A DNA stretch of 63,176 nucleotides, counting the filler, from Reclinomonas americana ATCC 50394 (lineage: Eukaryota), in the NCBI GenBank assembly GCA_048213135.1. It is 13 parts of 13 records of this genome, joined end to end, with 100 filler letters (N's around TTAATTAATTAA, not from the genome) between each part and the next. Parts side by side here need not be neighbours in the genome. Positions count along the whole stretch, not along the records: positions 47,666 to 54,200 come from AFZH01017780.1; positions 54,301 to 59,677 come from AFZH01017781.1; positions 59,778 to 60,864 come from AFZH01017788.1; positions 60,965 to 63,176 come from AFZH01017791.1; 9 more parts are not named here. One strand, 5' to 3'. This document shows, piece by piece, positions 51,263-62,710 of this stretch; within the stretch, counting starts at the first letter, position 1; each line of letters starts with the position of its first letter. Below the pieces are notes generated by a model. It was not told where the DNA came from. It did not search any database and was given only the letters and a program-made list of their open reading frames with translations. The translations under genes were made by a program, and so were the position numbers.

Positions 51263-52735
51263 GCAGATACCTCCCCTCTCTCTCATTCTCTCTCCTTGAT
51301 GCACCTGCATTACCTTCTACTCTCTCTCTCTCTCTCAATCATTCTTCCTCTTTCTCATCACACTTCCTCAAGCACAGTCTTCGTTCTCGTTCTCTCCCTT
51401 TCTTTCTACCTTTCCCTTTCTCTTTCCCTCTTCCTCTCCCTCTCCCTCTTCCTCTTCTTCTTCCTCTTCCTTTCCTCTTCCTCTTCCTTTTCCTCTTCCT
51501 CTTCCTCTTCCTCTCCCTCCCCACTCTCCCTCCCCACTCTTCCTCTCTCTCTCCCCTCTCTCCTTCCCTCTTCCTCCTCCTCTTCCTCTCCCTCTTCCTC
51601 TCCCTCTCCCTCTCCCTCTCTCTCCCTCTCCCCCATCGCCCCGCCCTTCCCCTTTCATCCCTTCCCCTCTCCCTTTCATCCCTTCTCCTTCCCCTTTCCC
51701 ACTCTCTTTCCCCACTCCCTTTCCCTCTCTTCACAGGCCCTGCAATCCACCTCCACCCCCACCGCCTTTTTCGAAACGCTGCAATCGCTGCTGGAGCGCG
51801 TGGTCGTGGAAGTGGAACAGGAGGACGAGCAGCAGCAGCAGCAGCAAAAGAAGAAGGAGATCGCAGGGGAGCCGGAATTCCAGCCTCCACAATTCTTTGC
51901 GCAGCTGCTGGCCGACCTGGAGCGCGTGGGATGGCATCGTGTGCACGACATGGATGCGTCGCTGGCGTCGCTGACGGTGCGTCTGGAGGACTCGCAGCAG
52001 AGACTGCATGACATTCGTGTGCGCATTCCGGCCGAGTACCCGCGACGCCCACTGCAGTGCGAGGTGGATGTTCCGAGGCGGGCGCCACCTGCGCCGGCAC
52101 TGGTGCTTCCGTCATGCGCGTCGTTGGCGCACGTGCCGGCCGTGTACGGGGAGCTGCTGGAGCGCTACGTGGCCTTCTGGGACCAGATGGATGACATTGA
52201 TGCGCTGTGTTGGGTGCTGGAGCCGGAGCATCCGAGTCGGGCCGACACGCGACGGCGCCTGTTCATCAATCGCTTCAGCTCGGTGCAGTTTGAGGTCGAT
52301 CCGCAGGCTCCTCGTGCGCTTCCGCACGATATGCGATTCTTGGGGGCAGAGCGTGAGGTCGCGGCACTGAGAATGCGTTTCAATGAGCGGCTGCGTGAGT
52401 GGGACGAGAGTGCACGCTCGGTGCGAGACAATATGCAGCACGTGCTGAGTGTGGAGTTCCCCGCTCGACGAGCCGCCGCTCCTTCAGAGAAGGAGGGAGA
52501 GGAGAAGATGGAGACTGACGAGCACGTGGAGTGCGCCGTGTGCTACTCGTACCGCACGCCAACCGGTCTCGCACCCGACTTTGTGTGTCAGAACACTCGC
52601 TGTGCTCGTCCGTTCCACCGCTCGTGCCTGCTCGACTGGCTCAAGTCGGTGCCCGGCGTGCGGCAGAACTTCGAGACCTACTACGGCACCTGCCCGTACT
52701 GCTCCGAGGCCATTGCCGTCAGCGAGTCTCACTGA
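50862..52735 (+). CDS. FANCL: Fanconi anemia group L E3 ubiquitin ligase
   Basis: ELF-like N-terminal exons, DRWD region (FWDQMDDIDALCWVLEPEHPSRADTRRRL), and the FANCL C-terminal RING ECAVCYSYR...PDFVCQNTRCARPFHRSCLLDWL...RQNFETYYGTCPYCSEAI. Confidence 0.95.
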
Positions 52736-52803
52736 ATCTTGTGCGTCACATTACTTTGAAAAAAATGTATTCCAAAATTTGTTACATCGCACACTCCCTC
52801 TCA

Positions 52804-55800
52804 TTATGATGGTGGTGAGTGCGAAAAGGCCATGGGTGGTGGCGACGATCTTGACGACGCTGGCCGTGGCGATAGAAGACCAGATAACCGCTCAACCTCG
52901 GCGTCACGCTGATCCAATTCCATCTGCGACAAAGCAAATCAGCAACTCACACAAAAATGCCTTCGCCACTCATCCACACACACCTGCAGCAGCTTTTGCC
53001 GCTCCTCCAATTGCTGCTCACGAGATTGGATCTTGCGCTGCAGTTGCACAATGAGCTGGCTCTGGTACGCCACCTCGCCAGCCTCGCGCGCTCGATCCTC
53101 CTCCATTTGTTGGACGCGGCTCCTCTCCGCCTCCAGAGCCGCCGTCAGCGCACGAATGTGCTCGTCAGCGTCGCGGAATCGCTCCGCTGGCGGTCGATTG
53201 CGCAGCTCCACTTCGCACTTGCGCAGATGCGCCACCAGCGTCTCCTCTCGTCGCTTGCTGGCATCCAGCTCGTTCTTCAGCGCCTCTGACGAGTCGTACA
53301 CGTCCCGAATGGCCGCCAGTCCCTCCTGGAAGCGCGCCTGCATCTGTCGCAACGAAGCATTCTCCGTCACAATGTGCTTCAGCTTGCCCTGCATCTCCTG
53401 AATCGTCGTCTGCAACAGCCGCCGCTCCTCCTCGCTGTGTCCATGGGTAAGAGATTGCTCGACGCAAACACAGCAGGGCGGCATCATACTCCACGTACCC
53501 CTTCTTCACTTTCCGCTCCTGCCGGGCGAAGCGATCCATCAGCCGTCGATTGTTGTTCTCAAAATCGGAGCTCCGCGACATCTCCTCGTCGAGCGAGTTC
53601 TGCAGCAGCTGAATCTGTGACTCGCGCGCCGACAGTGCCGCCCGCAACGCTCGCGTGTCCGTGTCGTACAAATCCTGCAGCTCGTGGAACTCATCGCGCA
53701 ACGCCGCATATTGCGTCTGGCTCTCGGAGAGGCGTGCCTGCAAGTTGCGCAGCTTCGGCGACATGTGCTCCCCCATGGCCGGCGACGACGACAGGGAGGC
53801 GAGTTCGGCGCTGGAGTTGAGAGAGGATGGCGGCCGGTCGGGTGAGCCCAGCACACTGCCGCCGGCCGCAACGGCTGCCAGCACGGCCTCTTGTTCGTCG
53901 CGCAGGTCGCTTGCATCCGCCTGCGCACAGTTGATAAGACAAGGCCACGCACTCACAATCCTTGCCTCTCGTACACGAACTCCTTCTCTCACCAGCCCTC
54001 CCTCACACAAAACCTTGTTTGTCTTATACTTTCTCTCTCTCTCTTTTTCTCTGAAACACACACACAGACGCTGTCTTTTTCGCACATCTTCACTACATTC
54101 TCTCGCCTTGTCGCTCTCCGTCTCTCTTCGCTTTCTCCCTCCTCTTTGCCATTTTCGTGTCGCGCTCCCCCTCCTTCTTCTCCTCTCCCTGCTCAAAGCA
54201 NNNNNNNNNNNNNNNNNNNNNNNNNNNNNNNNNNNNNNNNNNNNTTAATTAATTAANNNNNNNNNNNNNNNNNNNNNNNNNNNNNNNNNNNNNNNNNNNN
54301 CCCTCCTCCCTCCTCCCTCCTTCCCCTCCCTCCCTCCCTCCCTCCTCCCTCCCTCCTCCCTCCTCCTCCTCCTCCCTCCTCCCTCCTCCCTTCCCCTCCC
54401 CCCCCCTCCCTTTCACCCTTCCCTCTCCCTCTCCCTCTCCCTCCTCCTCCCTCCCCCTCCCTTCCCCTCCCCCCTTCTCCCTTTCACCCTTTCCCTCTCC
54501 CTCACCTGACTCTCGGCCAGCGCCCGCGAAAGATTATCATTCTCCCGCTGCAACTCCTTTGCGCGATTCTTGACCTGCTGGAACGACCGCTGCAACTCCT
54601 CCATCACACTGTGCGCCGCCTCCAAAGTGGCGCGCATGCGACTGTTGGACTTGCGCAGCACCAGATTCTCCTGCTCGACCGTGCGCGACGAGTGCTCCAG
54701 TTCACCCGCCAGCGACGTGGCGTGCTCGTCCACCACCACAAACATTTGGCGCAGCGACGAAATGTCGTCCTCCAAGTTGGCCACGGCCGCACTCGAGGTG
54801 GCCAGCCGTTGCGCCAGCAGCGCATTCTCCGCACGCGCATTGTTGTACAAGCGAATGGCGTCGGCGTGCTCGGCACGCAGCTGCGCCAGCGCCTTTTCCA
54901 GCACGCCGGTGGTGTGCTGCAATTGTTGTTCGCGCTGCGGAGGGACAAGGAATGAGGAGCCGCGCAAGAGAAGAGGGAGGAGAGGAGAGTGCGAGTTGCG
55001 CACCACACGCGTGGCATTGAGCAGCGCCTGCATGTCGCTCAGCTCCTGCCGCAACCGCGCAACATCGGTCTCTGTGCGCATATCAGTAGGTGAGTGAGCA
55101 CAGAACAGATCATGAGCAACGAGTTTCCAGTCAGCAGTACCATTACCGTCGACTCCGACCGCCGCCACGGCCGCCGCGGTCGCCGTACCAGGCGATCCCG
55201 GTTGTTGCTTGGCGCTCAGAGCGTCGGTCAGCATCTGGATGCGCTGCTTGTGCACATGCAGCGCCTCCTCCATCTGCCGCAGCGCGGCGGCGTCTCTCCG
55301 ACTCGACTCCAACTCGCTGGTCAGGTACTGGCACTGCAACCGTGACGCATCCAGCTGCGCACGCAGCTCCTGGACACTATCACCGCCGCCGCCGCCGCCA
55401 CCACCTCCACCGTTCCGCATTCGCGCCTCGACAGCCTCACGCGCCGTCCGCTCCTCCTTCAGCTCGCGCAACACTCGCGCCAACTCCACCGCCACTCGTT
55501 GTGATTCGCGCTCCGCCGCCTTCACCTGCTCCTCCAGCTGTTTGCTTCGCCGCCGAGCACGATCCAACTCGCGACTCAGTGACTGTGGGAGATCGCGGTC
55601 AGCGATGGGAAGAAAAGGGAGAGACTTGTGCATCAGATGACACACCTCTTGCTCACCGGCGCCGGGGACGGGCGACAGTGAGGGGGAGATGACACGACTG
55701 CGCTCCGTTTCCAACTCGGACTGCAGCCTGTCGACCGCATACTGCGACTCCTCCAACTCGGCGCCCAATGTAGCCGTGATCTTGCATTCCTCTGCGAATG

Positions 55801-58800
55801 GGGGGAAGAAAAGAGTGAGACAAAATGGGCAAAGTTTTCCATTCCACTCTCCTTTTGCTAGTGTGCTCATCTCTCTGAGTGACATCTTCCTCTTTCTTCC
55901 ACTGAGTGAGGCAGACAGAGACAGGCTGAGGGCGGAAGACAGATAGAAGAACAGGACCGTGAGAGTGAAAATAGAAAGAAAGACACAACAACAGTGAGTG
56001 CAAACGGGGACGACGGGGAGCAAACTCTCAAACAAGGAGAACGAGAAAAAGAAGCGGGGAAGGAGAACTCCCAGAACAAGAAAGGGGAGAATGAAGAGAG
56101 GGCGAAGCAAGTGACGAACGCGAACAGCAGAAGCAATATCTGAGCGAGAATACACGCTCGAGAGAAAAAGGGAAATGATCTCTCATCGTTTTGTCTGAAC
56201 AATTAATCTTTGTGTCAACCAAAGCTCGGTCTCCCTCTCTTTTCCAACTGTCAATCTCCCCATCCGTATTCCCGCAATTATTTGTGCTCTCTCTCTCTCT
56301 CTGCTCCAGCCTGTATTCCCTCAATTACTCGCTCTCTCTCTCTCTTTCTGTCTTCCCTGTCATTGTCTGCCTCCTCCCCCCGTATCTTCTCCGTCATTCT
56401 ACCTGTCTCTCTCTACGCCCTTCTCCCCTCCCTGTCTCCATTCCCTCCTTCCCCTATTACCCCTTCCCCTCTTACCCCTTCCCCTTTCCACCCCTTTCCC
56501 TTTCCACCCCTTTCCCTTTCGGCGCACCTTCGAGCTCCTTGCTGAGCTCTGCCACCCGGCTCTGCAACTTGTGACACTCGTCTCGCACTCGCGTGCTCGT
56601 CACCAACGCCTCACTCAGCTGATCCTCGGCACGGTTGCGTGCCGATGTCTCCGCCCGCAATTGCGCCTCCTGCATCTTGAGTGCCTGATCCTCATCACAG
56701 TCAGTCAAGAGCTCACCATCTCTCTCTCCAGCACCCGCATTACCTCAGCATCCGCCTCCAGACTCTTGCGTGCCTCCTCGAGCTTGGCGACCAGACCCTG
56801 AATCTCAGGTCGACTGTGCTCGATGCGATCCTGCAGCAGTGCGCAGTCGGCCTCCGCGGCAGTCAACCTCTCGCGCAGCTGGTTGCGCTCCAATTCCAGC
56901 AGCTGAATGCGATCGGCCAGCACACTCGGCGTCTGGTTCGCCATGTGCGCACGACTGAGCGCCTCCTCCGCTCGCTGCTGCGCGGCGGCGTGTGCCAACC
57001 GCGTCTCACGCTCGGCCAGCAGCTGTGCTCGCGCCTCCGACAAGTGTGAATCGTACAATGCGTGTCGTGTGCGTTCCGTGGCCAACGTCGACTCTGCCTC
57101 GCGCAACCGGCTCTCCAGCTGTTTCACTCGGTCGTGCTCCATGTTCAAGCGTGCCTCCACCGCCGATAGTTCCTGCGTGGTGGCAAGTTTGAGAAGTGCA
57201 TTTCCGAATCACCCACACACACAGAGAGGATCGCAACTTGCTGCAGCTGCGCCGATTTGCGTGACTCGCTATCCAACGAGCTGCGCAGCGATGAGACCAC
57301 CATTTTCGACGACAACAACTCCTGGTCCAGTGAGATGCGGCGGCCCTGGCATCGCGAGGTGAATAAAGCGCAGTTTGAAATCAACGACGAGCGTCACGCA
57401 CCTGGTTCTCCGCCACGGCCTCCTCCAGCGACGCCGAGCGGAACCTCTCATCCTCCACCGCCGACTCGAGAGCAGCCAGTCGCTCCGTCACTCGATACAA
57501 GTCGTCGGCGACCGACTGCTTCAGCCGCCGCTCGTTCTCCGTTTGCGTGCGCGCCTCATTCGCGTCTCTTCTCAGTCGTGCCGACACGGCGCGCTCTGCA
57601 AGAGGGGGAGAGAAGTAAGGTCAGTGGTGCTGCAGGTAGAAAAACACAACAGCAGTGCCCACCTTTCGCCAATGCGCCATGCATAAACGACCACGCCAGC
57701 TCCACTGCCGCCTTGCCCTCCAACTTCTCCTTCTTCGCCTCCGCCACCAAGTGCCGCATGAACGCCGTATTTTCCATGCGAGGTGATGGTGTCGGCGCGC
57801 GAAGCGGCGATCCAGTGCGCGGCGTGTGCAACAGTCGCGGCACAAAGTCCGGCACCGTCACTCCCACATCCTCCGCCTCCACCGCCTCCACTTCGTGTGT
57901 GTACTGCTCAATGTCGCGGAACAGACCGTCGCCATCGGCATCCGCACTGTCGTCACCCTCCTGTCCATCGCCGCCAAAGTCGTCATCCTCCTGCCCGACT
58001 CCACCAGCCGCATAGTCGCCCGCGTCGACGGCCGACTGTGAATCAGCAGCGGCTGTGGCGGCAGACGCTGATGACGCCGACATGACCGGCACATTCTTGC
58101 GTGCCTTGGCGGGCAGACGAATGCGCATGGCCTTCGAGGCCGTGACGAGCGTGGTACGCGCCTCCTGCGCACAGCTCTCGCTGTCGTTCACGCATGCAAT
58201 CATGAGGGTGTAGCCGTTGGAGGTGAGGCCCTCGTGCAGCAGGCGCGTCAGCTTCGAGTCGCGATACGGCACGTGATTGGCCACCAGCGACGACTGATTG
58301 GCGTCGCGAGAGGCCGCTCGGAGCGCAGTGATGACGCGACCCAGTGCCGACACGTCCTGATTGATGGCCGTCACCTGAGGGGGAAAAGGAAGGAGGGTGA
58401 GGAAGACACCAATCATGGAGAGGAGATGCGAGAAGGACATCACTCTCAATCTTCCTCACACGCTCTCACTCTCTCTAACACGCACTTTCACACTTTCTCA
58501 CTCTCGCACACACTCACACACTCTCAAACTACTTCCTTGCACCCACCTCTGGCGGAAAGTTAGCATTCAACAACTCCTCCTTTGATTGCCGCTGTGTGCG
58601 CACGAAACCAGCCGTGTCCACGAGTCGCATGCAACACAGTGGTCTTGGTCGTCGTACACCTGGGTGACCGCAGTCAGCACACCACAGCGAGGGGGACGAG
58701 AGAGATGCTGGCAAACCATCGACCACGGGATACAGATTCAACACGAGCACCGCATGCGACAGCGAATCCTGTTGCTGTCGGCCGCCGACCGTCCTCCTCC

Positions 58801-59518
58801 TCAACCCACGCTCAATCACCGTATGGCACTCGCCGGCCGTCGGCGGAGTCGCCTCGACGGCACCCTTTAATACCGTGCCGTGACGCGACTCCTCGATACG
58901 CACCACCTGTGTGACACCACAACAAGAATGAGAGAATGCAATGAATTTTCCTCCACAAAGCACCGCACCGTTCCACGCTTGGGATCGGCTAGCAGATCAA
59001 CCACCGTGTCGTTGCGAATCTCCACAAAATTGACCACCACCTGCACGGCTAACCGTCGTGCCTCAATCAATGCGTACACATCCTCCACGGTGCGTTGCAC
59101 GACGCCTCGCATGTCCGGTCGCAGCAGCATGCCCATCAGCTGACTCTTTCCGGTGCACTTTTGGCCGTAGGCAAACACACACACATTGTTGCCGTTCAGG
59201 AACGGATCCACCAGCGGCGACACGGCGGCCTCGTACGCCAGACTGCCATTGTCCTCGGGCGAGAACACATTGCTGAAGCGCAAATGCTGCTCCACACAGT
59301 CGGGAAATCTCGCATGTAGCGTGCAACTCGACGACTGCTGCACCGTGGACGATGCATCACCGCCACTACCACTCGCATCCTCCACACCCAGGCGCCGAAT
59401 GCACACCGCCACCTGCAACGCAGCCGCACTCCGATCCAGCAATTCGCCCGCAGCGCCCTCGCTCACCGCGAACTCGTCCAGCTCGTCGCCGCGTGGGGTG
59501 GCGGTGCCCGATCGCTAG
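52804..59518 (-). CDS. Kinesin-like protein with degenerate motor motifs and long coiled-coil tail (5' end in gap; spans gap at 54201)
   Basis: FSNVFSP...GNNVCVFAYGQKCTGKS, VEIRNDTVVDLL, SLSHAV, LVDTAGFVR, INQDVSALGRVITAL, HVPYRDSKLTRLL, TLMIACV. Many heptad-rich exons follow, with a stop at 52804. Confidence 0.85.
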
Positions 59519-60448
59519 GAAGCGAAGGGAGGGCGAATGAGTGAAGAGAAAGAGGAGAAGGAAGAGGAGGAGGAGGAGGAGGAGGAGGAGGAGGAGGAGG
59601 AGAATGAGAAGAATAAGAAGAAGAAGAAGACGAGAGAGAAGAAGAAGAAGAAGAGAGAGAGAGACGACGACGACGACNNNNNNNNNNNNNNNNNNNNNNN
59701 NNNNNNNNNNNNNNNNNNNNNTTAATTAATTAANNNNNNNNNNNNNNNNNNNNNNNNNNNNNNNNNNNNNNNNNNNNCGGCCGCCGCCCGACCCCGCCGA
59801 CCGCCTTCCTCTCGTCGTCGTACCGTACTACGTCCGTCGGTCGACGTACGACGACGAGAGAGAGAGAGAGAGAGAGGGAGGAGATTGTGTGTGTGTGTGC
59901 GTATGTGTGTGTGTGGGTGAGTGAGACAGTGAGTGAGAGAGAGTGTGTGTTAGAGAGAGAGAGAGAGTGCATTGTATGAGTTGGTGAGTGCGAGAATGAT
60001 TGTGTGAGTCTGTTCGTGTGCTCGTGTGCGTGTGCAAGAGAGAAAGAGAGAGAGAGAGAGAGAGAGCATTGTGTGTGTGTGGCAGTCGTTGTATCCTTTG
60101 CTGAGTCTGCAATGATCATGCACACACACACATACACACACACACAGGTAGACGGGGAGACTCTCTCTCTCTCCTTCTCTCTCTCCCCGCTCTGTTCCCT
60201 TGTTCTCCATTTGCCGCACTTTGCTTCCTTTTCTGCTCATTGCTTGCCTCATCACAGTCGCTCAGTGCTTTGTTCTACGTCCTCCTCTTCCTGTTGTTCC
60301 TCTCCCTCTTCTTCCTCGTGCTTTTTCTGCTCTGCATCGCTCTCCATTTCCCATGCGTCTTTCATTCTCCTCTATTCCTCTCTTTCCTCCCCTTTCCCCC
60401 TTCCCCCTCTCTCGCCTCTCACCCTCCTTCCCATTCCCCACTTCGCAG

Positions 60449-60864
60449 GCCCTCATCAACCAATACGTCTTCCGCAACATGCTGTACACCACTCTCTCGG
60501 CCTCGTTCCACTCCTGGTCCGATCCCACCGGCAAGGTCTACGGCTGCAACTTTGCGACACCGGTGCGACACATCTCTCTCTCTCTGTCCTTCTCCTCAAG
60601 TGCTCGTCACTGACCCTGTCGATCCGCAGGCGGAAGCAAAGCAGTTCCAAGACACCATCGCCGCGCACTTGGCGCGCCTCGACTCGGTGGGCAGCAGTCC
60701 GGCCGTGTCGTCGGGGAGCACTCCACGACGGCCAGAGGGCGCATCGGCGTTGGTAACATCGTCACTCGCGGCGAGTTCGGCGGCAACAAATGGCAGCAGC
60801 CCTGCAGCAGCTGCCGCCGCCGCTGCGGGTGCCGATACACAGCTGCGCGACGTGGCCACCATCC
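60449..60864 (+). CDS. EVH1/WH1-domain protein, partial
   Basis: LINQYVFRNMLYTTLSASFHSWSDPTGKVYGCNFATP|AEAKQFQDTI matches the EVH1 FHxW.D...VYGLNF...eA..F motif. Both ends are missing. Confidence 0.8.
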
Positions 60865-60964
60865 NNNNNNNNNNNNNNNNNNNNNNNNNNNNNNNNNNNN
60901 NNNNNNNNTTAATTAATTAANNNNNNNNNNNNNNNNNNNNNNNNNNNNNNNNNNNNNNNNNNNN

Positions 60965-61310
60965 ACAGGCAAGTTCGTACAGTGAGAGAGTATGTGTGTG
61001 GGGTTGAAGGCCTGTCGCACCACCTCGTTGAGTCGCTCCATGGGTGTGAGAGAGTGAAGTACAGAGAGAGAGAGAGAGGGATGTTACATAACCGCGATTA
61101 CAGAAACGCAAAATCAAGCTTGCTCTTTTCTTTTCTCTCTCTCTTGGGCGATCGCGAGGCCAGTGCGCGCAACTCGCCACCAATCACGCTCAAGTCGCGC
61201 ACAGGCAAGTTCGACAGTGAGAGTGTGTGTGTGGTGGGGTTGAAGGCCTGTCGCACCACCTTTGAGAAGAGAGAGGGATGTTACATAACCGCGATTGCAG
61301 AAACGCAAAC
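60965..61310. repeat. ~236-nt spaced direct repeat downstream of the WD40 gene
   Basis: ACAGGCAAGTTCG...GTTGAAGGCCTGTCGCACCACC at 60965 and 61201; GAGAGGGATGTTACATAACCGCGATT at ~61074 and ~61272. Confidence 0.8.
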
Positions 61311-61314
61311 GAAT

Positions 61315-62433
61315 TCATTCACCGAAACGATGACACAGATGCAGTTGTGGATCCACGAGGCAGCGATGCACCACAACCTCCGCCTCCTCCACCATGAAAC
61401 ACCGCAACACAAGCTCCGGCAAACAGCGAGGATCGACCTCTTCACCATCGCTCACGAACTGCATCTCTTGCACCGCCAGCATTGCCGATCGCGCTGCGTC
61501 GAGCTCGCGCCGAGCAAGGCCACGCGGCGTGGACCACACTCGCACTGTATCGTCCAAACTACCGCTCACCACATGCTGACCGTCGGGAGAGACGGCGACA
61601 GACCACACACCCTCAGTGTGTCCCTCCAGCCGTTCTTCTTCCTCCCCACTCGCCAGTGACCACACACGCACTGTCCGGTCATTGCTCCCACTCACCACAT
61701 GCAGACCATCGGGGGTAACGGCGACAGACCCAACTTGTCCGCTGTGCCCCTCCAGTCGCCGTACCTCCTCTCCACACGCCAGTGACCACACTCGCACAGT
61801 CGCATCCTCATCCCCACTCACAACATGGAGACCATCTGGTGTGACGGCAACTGAGAACACCCTCGAGCTCCCAGTATGTCTGAGGAAACATTGCACTTCT
61901 TCTCCGTTCGCCAGTGACCACACGCGAACTGTCGTATCCAAACTCCCACTCACCACATGCTGACCATTGGGGGTGACGGCAACAGACCGCACAAGGCTCG
62001 TGTGTCCCTCCATTCGCCGATCGAGAACTTCTTCTCCACTCTCCACAGACCACACCCGCACAGTTTCATCGGCGCTCCCACTCACGATGTGCTCACCATT
62101 GGGAGTGACGGCGACAGCAGCCACCGCACCGGTGTGTCCCTCCAACAGGCGCACCTGTTCTCCAGTCACAAACGACCACACTCGCACAGTGCTGTCATGA
62201 CCGCCACTGACAATGTGCAGACCATCGGGAGTGACGGTGACTGAATACACGCGGCCAATGTGCCCCTGCAGTTGTCGCACTTGTTCTCCACTCGCCAGTG
62301 ACCACACTCGCATGGTGTGGTCGAAACTGGCGCAGACAACATGCTGACCATCAGGGGTGATGGTGACTGAGCTTACCAAAGATGTGGGCCCCTGCAGCAC
62401 GTGTTTGCAGAGGAAGAGAGGAGCGGTGGACAT
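61315..62433 (-). CDS. Intronless 7-repeat WD40 protein with high internal repeat conservation and a C-terminal ~65-aa domain
   Basis: Seven units of EGHxxxVxSVAVTPDGxHVVSGSxDxTVRVWSLASGEEV, then ARRELDAARSAMLAVQEM...PRCLPELVLRCFMVEE. ATG at 62433 (MSTAPLF) is inferred. Confidence 0.9.
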   Translation of the reverse strand: MSTAPLFLCKHVLQGPTSLVSSVTITPDGQHVVCASFDHTMRVWSLASGEQVRQLQGHIGRVYSVTVTPDGLHIVSGGHDSTVRVWSFVTGEQVRLLEGHTGAVAAVAVTPNGEHIVSGSADETVRVWSVESGEEVLDRRMEGHTSLVRSVAVTPNGQHVVSGSLDTTVRVWSLANGEEVQCFLRHTGSSRVFSVAVTPDGLHVVSGDEDATVRVWSLACGEEVRRLEGHSGQVGSVAVTPDGLHVVSGSNDRTVRVWSLASGEEEERLEGHTEGVWSVAVSPDGQHVVSGSLDDTVRVWSTPRGLARRELDAARSAMLAVQEMQFVSDGEEVDPRCLPELVLRCFMVEEAEVVVHRCLVDPQLHLCHRFGE

Positions 62434-62710
62434 GGTGGGGGAAGAGAAGGGAGAGAAAGAGAGAAAAGGGGGAGGAAAGCGGTGTTTCGGCTCGGAGGAT
62501 GTGCGTGATATGTGTCGGGACAAGATTGACTTCGACATCAACGCTTCCTCCAATAATGACAAGCAAGCTTCACTGACATACATGCAAAGGAGTTCCAGAA
62601 AGGAGGCAGCTCATTCAGACACGACAAGTCTGCAGCGACATCGACGTAATGCACCGAAGGCCACAGCACGCGCACCTCTGAATCGAGGAGAACAATCGTC
62701 CGCGATCTCC

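Noticed and set aside
893..52735. Apparent DNA-repair cluster (SMC6, ligase, FANCL)
   Set aside because: Separated by many unrelated genes over ~50 kb, with no evidence beyond chance.
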